A stretch of 64,000 bases of DNA from Callorhinchus milii (taxonomy: Eukaryota). This document shows positions 1 to 13,489 of the stretch, one piece after another. Numbering within the stretch: the stretch's first letter is position 1; every line of letters begins with the position of its first letter. The DNA is taken from NCBI RefSeq assembly GCF_018977255.1, contig NW_024704743.1, positions 1,612,001-1,676,000 of the forward strand, in the 5' to 3' direction. The translations under genes and the position numbers were made by a program. The notes beneath the pieces were generated by a model, which ran no database searches, was not told the origin of the DNA, and saw only the letters and a program-made list of their open reading frames with translations.

Positions 1-3000
1 CTATTCCAAACAGAAGGGTTATTGTTTACAATATCCCGGGCACCTTACAACTCATCCACCAATCTCATCTCAACAAAATGATATCGTTTCCATGGGATTT
101 GTACCATTATCCAGAATTGAGTTACAATGTGTGGGAATTGATGTACCAGGCATTCTCAGTCCCTATGAAATGGGAAGCATCTATATTTTCAGACAATTTT
201 TGTCCTATGAATGTGCACAATAATAGGAAATCCTGTAACACAATGAATCTAACCCAAGGTTAATAGCAGCATTGCATCCCATTTCCACAACCACTGACCC
301 GTGGACTTTGAGATCTTCACCTACCGTGTAGTTGGACTCGCTCGCACATAAGATAAATTACTATTAACAGATAGAAAAAGCTCACGAGCAAGCTGAAATT
401 ATTGTGGAATTAATAATCCTTGCACTTGAAACAGCGCCTTATCATGTTGTCGAAACAAGAAATTACATTTGTATAGCGCCTTTCACATCTCAAAGTGCTT
501 TGCAGGATTTACTGTAAAGTGCGGTGACTGTGTCTAATGCAGCAGCCACTTTGCACACAGCAATGTCCCATAAACAGCCATGGAGTGAATGAACAATTTT
601 ATTTGGGGGGGGATTCTCCAATCGTACCATGGGATCTTTAATCTCTACCTGAACAGGAAGACAGGAGACAGGACCTCAGTTTAATGTCTCATCTGAAGTA
701 CGGCACTTCTGACAAATCCCCCAGCATTGCAGTTGTCAGACCTTGAGCTCAAAGTCCTAAAGTGGGGCTTGAACCCACAAGCTTCTGAGTCAGAGAAGGG
801 AGGGAGCCTGGTAAGTTGGTAGCAATAATAATCGTTAATAATAACGACTGTATTTCATATAGCAGCCAGAATAGGCTGCCGTGTTTCACCCACAAAATAC
901 AGTTAATTTGCTTCAGTATAGTCTGTGAAGGCGCTATACAAATGTAATTTGCTGTTGCCGTGTGCAAATTAACCAAAAGGGTCATCATGAGACCCAAAGA
1001 GGAGCAAATAATGTACCATTGAAAAGCCATCAATAATTAACGAATGGAAGGGTTAGGAATACCGCAATTTTACAAAGAGTGATATAGCGTGGAAACAGGC
1101 TATTCAGCCCAACATGTTGTGATGTTCCTTCGACAACTTCAGAGTAAAATAATTTCTTCAGCAGTGCCTATCTAATCCAGTGTCTCTGCAGCCTGATGTT
1201 AGGAAGTAGATTTCACACTTTGTGAAACCTGGGAAGTAATGTCATCCTTTACCTCCTAACATCAAATATTTTCAAAAAATTAAGATCCAGGATGTCAACC
1301 CTCATCATAAATAACCCATCAAAATTGTTACTGCGTAGAACCATAGTAATATACTGCAAGGCTGGAGGCTATTCAGACGATCTTGTCTGTGCCCGGTTCC
1401 CTCAAGAGCAATCCGTTCAGTCCCTCTTACCTGCTCTTTCCCCACATACCCCAGTAGCTGACTCTTCTTCAGGTAACTATCCTGTCCCTCTTTAAGGTCA
1501 ATATGGATTTTACCTGAATTGCCATTAAACCATCTTAACATCTCATCCAAAGGCTGGCACCTCGGACAAGCCAGTGCTTCCCCCACCCCCTGCACTGCAG
1601 TATCAGGTTGTACTATGCAAATTCCAAGTCTCAATGTGGGGCTTGAACCCACAACCTTCTGCTCTCAACTGTGAACACCTTAAGTTAAATGCTCGGTGCT
1701 GTTGTCAGACCTGCAATGGATTGTTTTGTGTAAAGTGGTCCTTTAGAAAATTGTCCAAGCATCCCACTGTTTGCAAAGAGGGTACCAACTCAACATGTTT
1801 ATCATACCATTTGTACTCTGGTATTTTAAGCCTCGACATTTTTCCCACACTCCTCTCACATATTGAACATTTTTTTTCAGATCATTGCTTTGATTTGGGG
1901 GGGGCTTGAATACCTTGCCCGGAAAATACCATCTCAGATGCTTTGTTTATAGATGTCTTGATCCCCAACTGTGCATTGTCAGATCGTCTAGTCTAAGCGC
2001 TCACTGCAGTGTCGAGGTGCTGACAGTCGATGAGACAATCGGAGAGCATTTAGACATTTTGCCCCAAACATGTACTCTCTCAACTCTGAATCTCCCCCAC
2101 TTTGCTTTTTCCTTTTCTGCGTTCAAAAGCCACCAAATACCTCTCTTGCTGAACACTGCGCCTTCGACCACACTCCATCTCCCAAGCTGTTCAGGTCCCA
2201 ACTCAGTCTCTCTAGAACTCCTTAAGCCCTTGTGTGACGTGCTTACCCGCTCTCTGAGAAAAGCCTAGTGTAAATGATAAGCCGCTGCACTGTGCAGATC
2301 ACACCTGACGTCTGGCCACCCGCTCACACCTAGGCTTCAAAGCACAATCAGCACCAGGCTGATGGGAGCAGAGAGATCAGTTACATATGTCGCCTCATCG
2401 TCAAATACTGACAGTTCTGCTAAACATTAACTGCTGAACTGCACAGTTGGAGGCCATTTACAGATAAAGAGCTCCAAACACGCAAGACTGTGGACAACGC
2501 CACCCTACAGTCCCCGGTGATGGACCAGCCAGCCAGCCTTGCTCATCAGCAGGGGTACAACAGTCAATAGGAGCAGATGCTTGACTCCCATTAACTCGGC
2601 AAGCCAAAGTGTTACAGGTGGTCCCTTGCAGGAAACGTGGGCTAAATCAGAGGCCCCATAGATAAGGCAACATAAACCAGAAATGGGGTATCCAAGGTGT
2701 CTACGATAACACTAAAGACGTTGGATGTTATGGCGTTTTTTGTGCTACTCAGGGAATTGACTTCAAAGTGCCCACACGATCGCTCACTGTACAGAGCAAA
2801 ACAAGTTCAGGCCTCAAGAGCTAAGTTTGTCAAAAGCTACAGGTCTGCTCATGCATTTAATACGAATCTGTCAAGTGTCTGTTCAGGTGGACAGGTCTGT
2901 TCTAAGCGATTATCAAACTGGGGCTATAAAACATATTTCACTTGCCCGTGGGCTAAGATTTTTCTACAGGTACAGGCAACCTTAAAAACAGTTTATATAG

Positions 3001-3108
3001 AGCCAAGAAGATAGTGGCAGCAAAGCCTCTTTGTGACACTTTGTATGAGGGAATCACTTTTTTTTTTTGGGGGGGGGGGGGAACAAAACTAATGCAGAAG
3101 GTACTTAC

Positions 3109-3176
3109 AGCTCGATGGATCTCGACAAGATGGCAGACAGAGTCAGAAGAATGCAGCCAAATGGTCCAACCTCAAA
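3109..3176 (-). CDS. MINDY4: MINDY4 exon 13 ([23 protein letters not shown]); later exons lie outside the window
   Basis: Near-identical to human [23 protein letters not shown]; acceptor tgtgtttccag, donor CT|GTAAGT; 68 nt. The next exon (DFDVPTSHLIGAHGYCTQ-like) was not found in 1-3108. Confidence 0.96.
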
Positions 3177-4441
3177 CTGGAAACACAGAATGACAAAAAA
3201 AGTCTGGAAAACTTTGAATTGATGTGGGGAAATTTTGTTTTAAAAATACTTGCATTCAAATTTGTACCTTGTCTCATCGCCAAGACAGCCTCAAAATACT
3301 TCACGGGAATTACTGTAAAGTGTGCAAACACGGCAGCCAACTTGAGCACAGCAATGTCCCACAAACAGCCATTTGGGGGGACTGTTAATTCTCAAATACT
3401 ACAGTAATATAATAGTCCTTCCATTTGATATACCGCCTTATCACGTCGTTGAGACGTCTGAAAGCGCTTCACAGAATATATTGTGAAGTGGGTTGATTGT
3501 CTGCGTATTTTGTCGGCAAAAATGCAGCAGCCGATTGTGCACAGCAGTGTCGCACAAACGGTTGTGGATTGAATGACCAATTTTTTCTGAGGTTCACCCT
3601 GACTGTGAATCAAAGCCCCAAATTTTGCCCACAAAATATACGGTCAACTCACTTCACAGTATATTCTGTGAAGCGCTTTGAGACGCCTCGAAGACGTGAT
3701 AAGGTGCTGTATCAAATGCGAGGGTTATTATTATAAACCGGGGTGCTCTCGCTTGCGAGGCAAGGGCGCCAACCACTACACTGTGGGACTCCATCCTGCA
3801 CAATCTTAACTTTTAAAACAATGCTCCTAAGGCTAAGACCGAGGGATATTTGGGGTTTGAGACTTCACAGCACCACCTTGCTATGTTGCCGTCCCTGGGG
3901 ATTCAAAACACATTTTTTCTAGAATCGCAACAAATCACAACTTGGGACAGATGTTTATCTCCATCAAATCCAAACCATATGGCCAGATACACACAGCAGA
4001 AGCGTAGTTCAAAGATAAAGTCTCGCCTGTTTGATAGGCGTTTGTGATGCTGAGGAGTTCAGGCCTTTTTAGCTCACACAGCTATTTAATCACTACAGGC
4101 TGGGGCTGATTATGTCCCGGTTCCCGTCTCTCTTGTGGCTCAGGTGGAGCTACTTACAACAACATTGCATTTGTGTCGCGTCTTTCTTATCAGGAGTACG
4201 TCTCAAGGCTCTATTTAAGTGGATTCAGACAGCAACTCACTCCCCGTCCCCCAACACTAATTCAAATGAAGTGGATGTTTCCTCCTAGGATATCCTGGTT
4301 TATATTACCTCCGCATCCAAACTCACCTCCCAATTTGTTTTATATATAAATCATATGCCTCTGTTCAAACTAACTGCCAAGTTTACAATCCGATCCAAAT
4401 CCAAATTTCCATTTTACAATCCGTTACACTTTACTCTGCGT

Positions 4442-4635
4442 GGCAGCTGCCTGAGGCAGTTGGTAGAGCTCTCTCTCGCCTCCCGAGTCAGAAGGTTGTG
4501 GGTTCAAGCCCCACGTCGGGAATTGGAATCACATGCTTGCTAAGCTGACGCTCCAATGCAGTGCTGGAGGGGGTGTTGCACCGTCCAGGGGGGGGGTGAC
4601 ATCCTTCAGATGAGACATTAAAACGAGGACCAACT
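4442..4635 (+). mobile_element. Older SacSINE1-like (tRNA-Deu) SINE, 5' half
   Basis: cagttggtagagctctctctcgcctcccgagtcagaaggttgtgggttcaagccc...gatgagacattaaa resembles shark SacSINE1 (from recall). Other pieces at about 412-800 (-), 47158-47370, 48980-49450, 61705-61975 and 63400-63770 (-). Confidence 0.75.
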
Positions 4636-4686
4636 AAGACAGAGCGATAACAATAAACAAATGTACAAATACTGAATAAGTCAAAC

Positions 4687-4752
4687 CTGGCCAACGTTTT
4701 GTTGAACAAATGTAGAGAGATCTTCATAGTTTGTCACCGTATTGAGAATAAG
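4687..4752 (-). CDS. MINDY4: MINDY4 exon 12 (LILNTVTNYEDLSTFVQQNVGQ)
   Basis: Matches human [22 protein letters not shown]; acceptor tttttgcag, donor CAG|GTTTGA; 66 nt. Confidence 0.94.
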
Positions 4753-5590
4753 CTGCAAAAAAACACATAACACAAGCATTTTAATAGTTAATTGCACATA
4801 ACAGAGTTTTTAAAATGTGGGGTAGAAATGAATAATTAATCTTTACAATTGATACATCACGTGCCTTTCGTGTCAGAAAGATGCTCAAAGCGTTCCACAG
4901 AATTTATTGAAAATTATAGTGACTGTGTAAGTGACCAGTAGTGTCACACAAATGGCCGTCTAGTGAGTGACCAATTTTATCTGGAGGATTGCTGGCCAGG
5001 ACACCATTCTCTATTTGTAAAGTATCATCGGATCTTTAAAGTCCACCTGAACGTCTGATCCGAAGGACAGTACCTCAGGTGCTCTCCCCCACCCCACGCC
5101 TGGGAGTTCAAACTCCTTACTCACTCTCGCTGCTGAGTCGCATGGTTGTGGCTTCCAACCCCATGTTGGGACTTGGAACTCATACAGTCTAAGCTGATTG
5201 CAGTGCAGTGCTGAGGGTTTGCTGCATTGTTCGAGGTGCTGTTCCTTTGGATGAGACGTTAAGTAAGGTCTGCTTATTAAAGACATTTCCTGCAACATTT
5301 GCCGACAAAACATACAGTACATCCTATGAAGCGCTTAGAGACGTCTTGACTACGTGATAGGTGCTATAAATGCAAGTATTATTATTTCTTCTTGTTATGT
5401 TGACTTACTCATTTTCTTTTGTGTATAAAACGCTATCAATTGCAGACTTTATAAGATTCTCTCTTCACCAACTCCCCCCATTTATAACATGTTTCATTTT
5501 TTTTTAAAAATTGCATTTGGAAAATGAAAATATTTAATCTAAAAGATAAGATGTCTCTCTGAGAACAAGAGACAACAAAGGGAAACTTAC

Positions 5591-5654
5591 TGTTTCTATC
5601 GATCCATCAGATTTGTATCTTCCCACGGGGATAAACTGCTGTCTGCCCGTTGAC
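5591..5654 (-). CDS. MINDY4: MINDY4 exon 11 (STGRQQFIPVGRYKSDGSIET)
   Basis: Matches human QQFSPTGKYKADGVLET; acceptor gtttctttcag, donor ACA|GTAAGT; 64 nt, phase 2/0. Confidence 0.95.
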
Positions 5655-6105
5655 CTGAAAGAAACATTGCCTTTGTAAAGAAACACGGTCTTAATGTGTA
5701 CAATCTCCCTTCAGTGGATATTCTGTTGGCATTTTAACTTTCTCACCTGTCAGGCAAAATGCAACTTACGAATGACAGCTTATCTGCATGATTTAGAGAC
5801 TGTAGGACGCCGATGTGCGCAATTGGATGCTGTGTTTCGCCCACGAAATATACATTCAATTCACTTTACAGTATATCCGGTGAAGCGCTTTGAGACATCT
5901 CGAAGACGTGATAAGGCGCTGTATCAAATGCCAGGATTATTGTTATTATATTATTATTCCATATTATTCCAAGTGCAGAGGGAGGGATTGGTGAAGGCTG
6001 GAGAGGGAGGTGGAGGAGGGGGTGGCAGTAACAAGTGCAGAGCGGATCCTCTCAGTTTTGTAGCCCAGGAACTCCACCATTTCCTTGCATTTGGACTATA
6101 CTTAC

Positions 6106-6207
6106 AAAGCAACCACTGCTTTCCGCTTATCGCCGGCCCGCCATAAAATGGTTGCAATAGCCATGGCCAGGCTCTGTGAGCGTTGAGCGCTGGTGGGCTG
6201 TAGTTGT
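6106..6207 (-). CDS. MINDY4: MINDY4 exon 10 (QLQPTSAQRSQSLAMAIATILWRAGDKRKAVVA-L)
   Basis: Matches human [33 protein letters not shown]; acceptor ctctctatag, donor TT|GTAAGT; 102 nt, phase 2/2. Confidence 0.95.
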
Positions 6208-6948
6208 CTATAGAGAGGGGTTAGAAAGGCAATAGTCCTTTTTTTTGATAAAAGAAAGTACAACACAAATTTACATTGCACCTTTCACGTCGGGAGCACG
6301 TCCCAAGATACCTAGACACCTCAGCTAGAGCAGGGAGGGGAATGACTGAAAGCGCGGTCAACGAGATAGGTCTCGAGACAGATCTCGAACGAAGGGTGGG
6401 ATAGAGCAAATGGGAGGTATTCTCCATTGTAAAAACTCAGACACAGAGCTGGTGCCCCATCGCAGGTTAGAGCGCAGCAGGGAAAGCGTAAAGTTTACAA
6501 GAGCGGAAGTGGGTTTTGAAAACTGTGTGAGAGCCAGGCATTTATTTGCGAAGGAGCTCATCATCACACAATTCAATTAGTGTAAATGGGGCCATGCTTA
6601 TGCCCGAATCGGCACTTTAAAAGCTGAATGAGTCTACTTGGGAATAATCTCTCCTGGGTAGCGATAGAGGTACTGAAATTAGCTATAATTCTGTACTGGA
6701 GAGTTGGGGGTGAGGGGGTGGGGAAGGGGCGGGGGAATCATTCTTAGTTACTGAATGATGATGAATCCACTTTGTGATAGATCCAAGCCGTCTAAATCTT
6801 CTCACAACAGGGTAAGATTTACTTTACAGTGCCCTCTCCTGAATGAATTTCAATCACCCGATAGCGAGCGTGCATATCCATGGGTTGTTGTTGCCAGGGC
6901 ATTTGGAGACGTCAAACAAATATTCCCGAACAAAGGCTTCATACTCAC

Positions 6949-7040
6949 TTTGCTTCGATGCTGCTGTTGTTTACGTCCTCAAACAGAAGGTACTGTAAAA
7001 CGCTGGCCTGGATGACAGCCAGAACTCCGCAAGGACCACC
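6949..7040 (-). CDS. MINDY4: MINDY4 exon 9 (GGPCGVLAVIQASVLQYLLFEDVNNSSIEA), catalytic Cys codon at 7031-7029
   Basis: MINDY-family GGPCGVLA active-site motif; acceptor cttcccag, donor AA|GTGAGT; 92 nt, phase 0/2. Confidence 0.97.
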
Positions 7041-7154
7041 CTGGGAAGATTAGATTGAACACTGACACCAGGACACAGCTCGGTTCAGCAAATACCAATC
7101 CTGTTACAAAGCTCAATAACTGAATCAAACTCCAAACTTGTAAATCAAAATCCA

Positions 7155-7440
7155 GAGATGAGGGACTTCAATTATGTGGAGAGATGAGAGAGACTGGGAT
7201 TGCTCTCCTTCGAGCAGATTTAATAGGTGTTCAAAATGATGAGGGGCTTTGATATAGTAGGGGAGAAAGTTTCCTTTGGCAGGTGGGTCAGGTGACACAG
7301 ATTTAAGATTATTGGCAAAGAATCAGAGGGGAGACGAGGAGAATTTTTTTTACCCAGACAGTTCTCATGGTTTGGAACGTACTATTTGAAAGGGTGCTGG
7401 AAGAAGATTTGATAGTAGCTTTCAAAAGGGTAGGTATTTG
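7155..7440 (+). mobile_element. CR1-clade LINE 3' fragment
   Basis: Degenerate CR1 ORF2 C-terminal pattern (tatgtggagag...gtgttcaaaatgatgagggg...tttacccag...tggaac...ttcaaaaggg). Confidence 0.75.
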
Positions 7441-8325
7441 AAAAAGAATTATTACCCCTGGAAAAGCGATCTAACAATCGACTAACAACTGACTCTCATC
7501 CCAGATACGCAAGAGAGGGGGTGAGGTGGAGGAGGGATTGCAGGATAGAGTTCCAGAGTGTGGGGGCAGAGAGACCGAGTACCATGCAAGTCCATAAAGC
7601 AACAGAGGCCTTAGGATCTGAAGATCATTCAAGCAAAGCGACTTGTAGATTGCCAGTCGGGGAAGCAAGTCTGTAAGTGCAGCTAGCGACTGACGTGCTG
7701 CGTTCTGTTTCTCTATTTTTCTTAAGATCGCACATGGTACTTTTTGCATCAGATTAGCCTCAAGAGCCAAGCCAACAAGAAAAGGGGGGAAGCACATGTA
7801 AGACATTCAATAATCCTTGCATTATTTTTGACATAGCGCCTCATCACGTAGTTGAGAAGTCTCCAAGTCTTCACAGGATATTCTGTGAAGTGGATTGATT
7901 GACTGTGTATGTTGTGGGTGAAACACAGCAGGTAATTGGCAGTGTCCCACAAACAAGCAGTCGTGGATTTAACACACAATAATGCTTTGACATCGACAGC
8001 AGGATAGGAGGGTACAGGCTCGCTCATAAATGTTTCAGTGGACCCTGTTCTTTGTCAGCTTGCCAGGCTCTCTCTCTCTCTCTCTGCTACTATCCCTGGG
8101 CATGTCTTGCTGCATCAAGCTGTTCCTTTGATCAGCAAGTAACAGATATTTGTCACCGAATGATCAAAGGAATCAACTGGGAACCCAGGCACCCAGAGTG
8201 TCAGTCCTGAAATAACACCAACCCCCAACAATATTTTAGATCATTCAGCCTGGAGTGAACTCAGCTGTACAAACGGAGGAACTCATTCAGTGGAAAACAG
8301 AATAACTGACAATAATAAGAGTAAT

Positions 8326-8647
8326 AAAATAATAATAATCCTTGCATTTGATATAGCCCCTTATCAGGTCTTCGAGACGTCTCAAAGCGCTTCACAGAAT
8401 ATACTGTAAAGTGAATTGACTGTATATTTTGTGGGCCAAAAACAGTCGTAGTTTGAGTGACCAATTTTTTTAAAGGAATTATTACCCAGAAAAGCGATCC
8501 ATCAATTGACTAACAACTTGCTTCCTCCTTACCGTGAGGTAAACAGAGGCGTGTACGTAGAGTAAGGAAACTTGACGAATGTTTCGCCCTGCTGGGAATC
8601 ACTCAGGTCCTCTCGTGAGTGCTCTAACCACTGAGCTACAGGACTCC
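8326..8647 (-). mobile_element. Dominant-family tRNA-derived SINE
   Basis: Same head, core and tail as 39171-39570, reverse orientation. Further copies at about 11161-11536, 13885-14163, 15200-15510 and 19905-20290 (all -). Confidence 0.85.
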
Positions 8648-10029
8648 ATAATACTTCGCGCTCTACATCAATCCCTCTCCAGGATCCAATTCAAGACCCT
8701 CACCCTCAGTCTGAACATAGTGACCAATGGCACGATCAAAGAGAGAGATTTTTAAGATAGTTTTGAAGACCTTAGAAAAACAAACAGTTCTGGTTTTCAG
8801 AACAAAGTGAGCACAGGACCCGGAAGCCTGAAATCAGGCGATCAGTACAGTGCAGACGTGATAAGGAATGGCTCGTATAAAAATTAGGCCTCTTGCTCCG
8901 AATCACTCTACAGCAGAAATACAGCAACTTGCATTTATAAAGTGCCCTTCAAGCGGGATAGAATCCTGGAGCCCTTCACAGTGACCGAGTCTGACAAATA
9001 CGGTGTGCAAAAAAGCTTCAAATCTCAGCAAATTTTTACTTGCTCACTTGGCAAGAGCCAGAAACTCAGTTCCCCCCACCCCCAGACTCACTTTGCACAA
9101 GAGGGAAGCACTGAATTTGAATAATAATAATAATAATCCTTGCATTTGATCTAGCGCTTTTTGTGGGAGAATATATTTTGGGGGTGAAATGTGGCAGCCG
9201 ATTGCGCACGGCAGTGGCCCACGAACAGTCGTAGGACTGAACGACCAAATTATTATCTGACTTCTGACTTTGCGATGGAAAATGGCCAAGGTTTACGTGA
9301 TTAGCTGAACATTAACTCAAACTGTTACAGTTAATGCCTTTTCCCAAAACATCCTACAAATTACTCCGACCTCAACTCCAATGCTGCCAAAGCCCCATTT
9401 AGCGTACAAATGTATGACTAAAGCAAACAGACCCATCAGATATATCCATCAGAAAGATTATCGCATCACGTTAGCACAGCAAAAAGGCTATGACTGACAA
9501 TGGCTGTGGATTTACCATTACCTTGAGCAGCCTGAAATCAGGGGTCATTCCTGTCCAATACCTCCCATGGCTCTTCAGATTGCAATTTTTTATGTAGGAA
9601 TAACATAGTTATTATACACACATAAACAGAGAGAACTAACAGATGTTAGTCGATTAGCAGATCACTTTTCCGGGGGCAATAATCCCTTCAAAAATAAATA
9701 AATAAAGATAATAATAATTTGGTCACTCAATCCACGACTGTTTGTGGGATACTACTGTGAGCAATTGGCTGCCGCATTTCGCCCACAAAATGTACAGTCA
9801 ATTCGCTTTACAGTATATACTGTGAAACGTTTTGAGGCGTCTCGACGACGTGTGCAAATTAGTTCGCCCACAAAATGGTCACTGCGTGATACAGTAAGTA
9901 TATTCTGTGATGCACTTTGGGATGTCTTCCCAAAGTGAAAGGCGTTATCCCAAACGTAAAGATTATTACTATTTATTATGGATAAAGTTTTTCAAACATT
10001 GCAAAAACTGACAAGATAGAGCCCCTCAC

Positions 10030-10146
10030 CTTCTTTTGAACCAGACCGTATTTTAAGTTTGGTAGCTCGTTAAAAGTGAAGCTTTGCATCTTCCATTCTT
10101 CAGTGAAGCAGCAAAGGCTGGAACCGAATAGGAGATTTTTCAGATC
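10030..10146 (-). CDS. MINDY4: MINDY4 exon 8 ([39 protein letters not shown]), start of MINDY catalytic domain
   Basis: Near-identical to human LLFGSSFCCFNEEWKLQSF...LKYGIVQNK; acceptor tttgcag, donor AAG|GTGAGG; 117 nt. Confidence 0.97.
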
Positions 10147-11000
10147 CTGCAAACGCAATTAGCAAAGTGACAAGTTAGTTTATTCAAAGGTGAAGTATTC
10201 ATCATTCCACGTCTTCTCTCCTGTGCCTATGACCTCCTCAACCTCCCTCCCTGGTCTTTCCTGAAGACTAAGACTTATCGAAGGTCTACGTAACCTGGGG
10301 GTCAGATTTGATCCCCAGATGTGCTTCCTCCCGCAATTCACCCTGAAGCTTTGGAACTCCCTCCCCCAATCCTTCCGCCTTGCCCCCTCCTTCCTCTAGA
10401 TCACGACTGAAGACCTTCCTCTTCAACCGTCCTCCTGCCTCCCACCCCGGCTTGGCGTCAGGCTTCCCCACTGTGAAGCGCTCTGAGACGCTGCCCCCGT
10501 GTGAAGGGTGTTGTGTATACCCAAGTTGTTGTTGTTTTGCCTCATATCCCGGTTTTAGGGCAGAATTCCTAGAAATTATGTCGTTGGCAAAAAAAATATT
10601 CCCCCAAAATGCCACGACACGGATATCTCTGTGGCACAGGATTCCTCATTCTTACATTCAGTCTTTAGGTGGTAGACGGTTCTGATACCGAAAACTGTAT
10701 ACAGTCAATTCACGTTGCAGTACATTCTGTGAAACGCTTTGAGGCGTCTCAACGACGCGATAAGGCGTTGTATCAAATGCAAGGATTATGATCATTATTA
10801 CTGTGAAGGGAAGGAGTGAAACGTTGGGGGAGTAAGAGCAGCTGAAGTTGGGATTTGGTACTGTGTTGAACCCATTATATACATGCCCTCTGTGAGAGCA
10901 CATGCAATCATTTTCTTTAAAAAATAAAAAGCCAGCAATAATTTAACAAAGCAGTTAAAAGAAGAGCAAACATTATTCAGCGCCTGAAAGGATGACTTAC

Positions 11001-11104
11001 TGTTGCAAGAGTCAAGTCTATGGGCTTTGAATCAATGTGATGTTTGCGTACAGAGAAGTCTGGAATTGCACCAACGTCACTCAACTCTTCATCGTCAATG
11101 TCAG
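11001..11104 (-). CDS. MINDY4: MINDY4 exon 7 (DIDDEELSDVGAIPDFSVRKHHIDSKPIDLTLAT)
   Basis: Matches human EDVEDEL...SKPIDLSVAK; acceptor ttgctttacag, donor ACA|GTAAGT; 104 nt, phase 1/0. Not in the ORF track; translated by hand. Confidence 0.92.
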
Positions 11105-12054
11105 CTGTAAAGCAAGTCAGACCCCATTTATAACTCCTTGCGGCCTCTCAGTGGGGGATACAATAATCTATAATAATAATCCTTGCAATTGATACAAAGC
11201 CTGATCATGTCTTCGAGATGTCTCAAAGCGCTTCACAGGATAGACTGTGAAGTGCAGTGACCGTGTATTTTGTGGGAAAAACATGGCAGCCAATTGCGCA
11301 CAGCAGCGTCCCCACAAACAGTGATGGATTGAATGACCAAATTAATATTTAATTAATCAATTTATTTTCAAGGGATTATTACCCTCCGGAAAAGCGATCC
11401 GACAATCGACTAACAACCGGGTTCCTACATACTGCTGGATTAACAGAGGCATGTGGAGTTAGGAAATGTTTTGCCATGCCTGGGAATCAAACCCAGGTCT
11501 TCTTGCTTGCGAGGTGAGCGCTCTAACCAGGACTACACTAATTGATAGACTAACGGATAGACTAAGGCAGACTAATGCCAGGAACATTCACAACTCTAAC
11601 CAGCATTTATCTTGAGGTAAACAGACTAATCTCTCAACTGATGCTCTATTGTGCCATTTTCTGTGAAGAGTCAAAGCAAAAGGGATCCAGCCCTGTGCTA
11701 ATTCATTGCAGTAGCTTCAGTGTTGCTACACAGTGATAAATATACTACTTTCTGGTACTGTATTATAGAAGCATCTGCTTAGACGTTGATCAGATTTCAC
11801 TTTGTCTATGTTTCAAATGCTTTGAAAGATAAGAGCTCCTGACTGTGTACTTTTATGTGTTTCTACCTTGTGCAGTGTGACCCTTTGATACCACACGGCA
11901 GTTTATTGCTGTCCCACACGCAACAGCAATTTACATTAAACCAACACCTTTCACATCAGGAGGATGTCTCAATAGCTGACTGGGAATCCGAGCCGGTGGG
12001 GGGAAGAGAAGGAAGAGTGAAAAAAGGCAGGCCAAAACAAGGCCGAACAGGCCA

Positions 12055-12325
12055 TAACAACACCAACAACTTGTATCTGTATAGCACCCCTCATGCAGAG
12101 CAGTGTGCTGGGCGTGTCTACCCCGAGCCAGGGAGAGCAGAGGTGACTGTAAGCACGATCAAACAGGAAAGTCTTTAGGCAGGATTTGAAAGCCGGGAGG
12201 TAGGGAGGGAAGGGGGTTAAGGTGATGGGATTGAGGGAGAGTGTGACAGAGTTTCGGGGCATAGTGGCTGAAGGCCACCGATGGTGGAGCAGAGGGAAAA
12301 AGGGACAACGAGGAGGCTGGAGCAT
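12055..12325 (-). mobile_element. L2-clade LINE 3' fragment
   Basis: Translates to FKSCLKTFLFDRAY; (TTG)n-type tail at the 3' end. Confidence 0.75.
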
Positions 12326-13433
12326 AAAAGCGGGTATTGAAGGCCAGAGGGAGAGGGCAATGCAGAGGGTCTCCAAGACAGGGGATGAAGCAAACCGTTT
12401 GTTTGCTGAGTGAGTGAAGTGCCAGGAGAGCGTGGAACCACAAACAGCACTGAAGGTTACATGCTCGGAACTGAATGTCGGAATCAAGTCAACCTTCATT
12501 CTCAGTAATCAGTAATCAGTTCCACGTGGGTCCACAGCGCTGCATAGTTTCCAGAGTTAGGTAAACAGGGCAGGTCCCTCTGCAGAGAGTGCACATTCCA
12601 TTCCAGACGTGGAAATTTCCATGCAGACCCATGCAGATCTGAGACTCTCAGTCTAGTTAGTTTGGACTATGTTTGGACACTGTAAAGCTCATCGTTTCGC
12701 CCACAAATATACAGCACAATTCACTTGACAGTATATTCTGTGAAGCGCTTTGAGACGTCTCGAAGACGTGATAATGCGCTGAATCAAATGCAAGGAATAT
12801 TATATTATTGTCGTAATCCTCGACACCCAGCTAATCAAAACAACTTACCACCACCTCATTCTGCCTCCTTTGGTCTGCAAAATTGGGCCTGTTGCACGTC
12901 CACAGGTTCTGTCAGACACTCTAATCTTCCTCCCAAAATCCGTCGACCTCTCGCCCTCTCTGTTTCACAAACCTCTCTCGAGTGTGCTTTCTCAACGTCC
13001 CCCTTTCCTGACTGTGCTGTCATCAGCAGTGCCCTGGAATCAGCAGTGTCCCGTTCATGAGCAGTGTCTGGCTCAGGAACAGGACCAGAGACCCAGAGGG
13101 CTGGCTCGATCCCGACATTTCGTTGCCAATTACGTCACCATGAAGCCAGTTCAGTTCCACGGAGACCCAACTTACCCCCCCCCACACCTCACCACCCACC
13201 CAATCAGGTCTAACACCCAGGAAGTGCTTATAATTCAGTCCTGTTTCTTAAGTAAGAAAAGCAGAGTTCCCGACTTGCTCCAACTCAATCTATTTTCAGA
13301 GCTGCAAAGTAGATTGCATAACACACAGCCCCTTCCTGGGAGAATTCACATCAAATGCAATGATCCACCCCACATGTTTCACGATCTAAAATATGTAGAG
13401 AAAAGAGATGAAAAAGGTTTGTAATTGCACTAC

Positions 13434-13489
13434 CTATCTGCAGCCATTCCTCCAGTTGATTTGCCGGTGATGAGCAGAGTGTGGGCTTC
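13434..13489 (-). CDS. MINDY4: MINDY4 exon 6 (R-KPTLCSSPANQLEEWLQI-A)
   Basis: Strong pyrimidine-rich acceptor tctgctctctttccag, donor AG|GTAGTG; 56 nt, phase 2/1, exactly bridges exons 5 and 7. Similarity to human RKNQLLPSDKVDGELGALRLE is weak, so the call rests on splice signals, size and phase. Confidence 0.72.

Noticed and set aside
5694..6146. Recurrent short ORFs containing [29 protein letters not shown] across the window
   Set aside because: All are translations of the shared SINE 3' tail, not a paralogous protein family.
12845..13010. Purine-rich minus-strand segment ending in a GTAAGT donor
   Set aside because: The frame needed to join exon 7 contains a TGA just before the donor, and there is no MINDY4 similarity.
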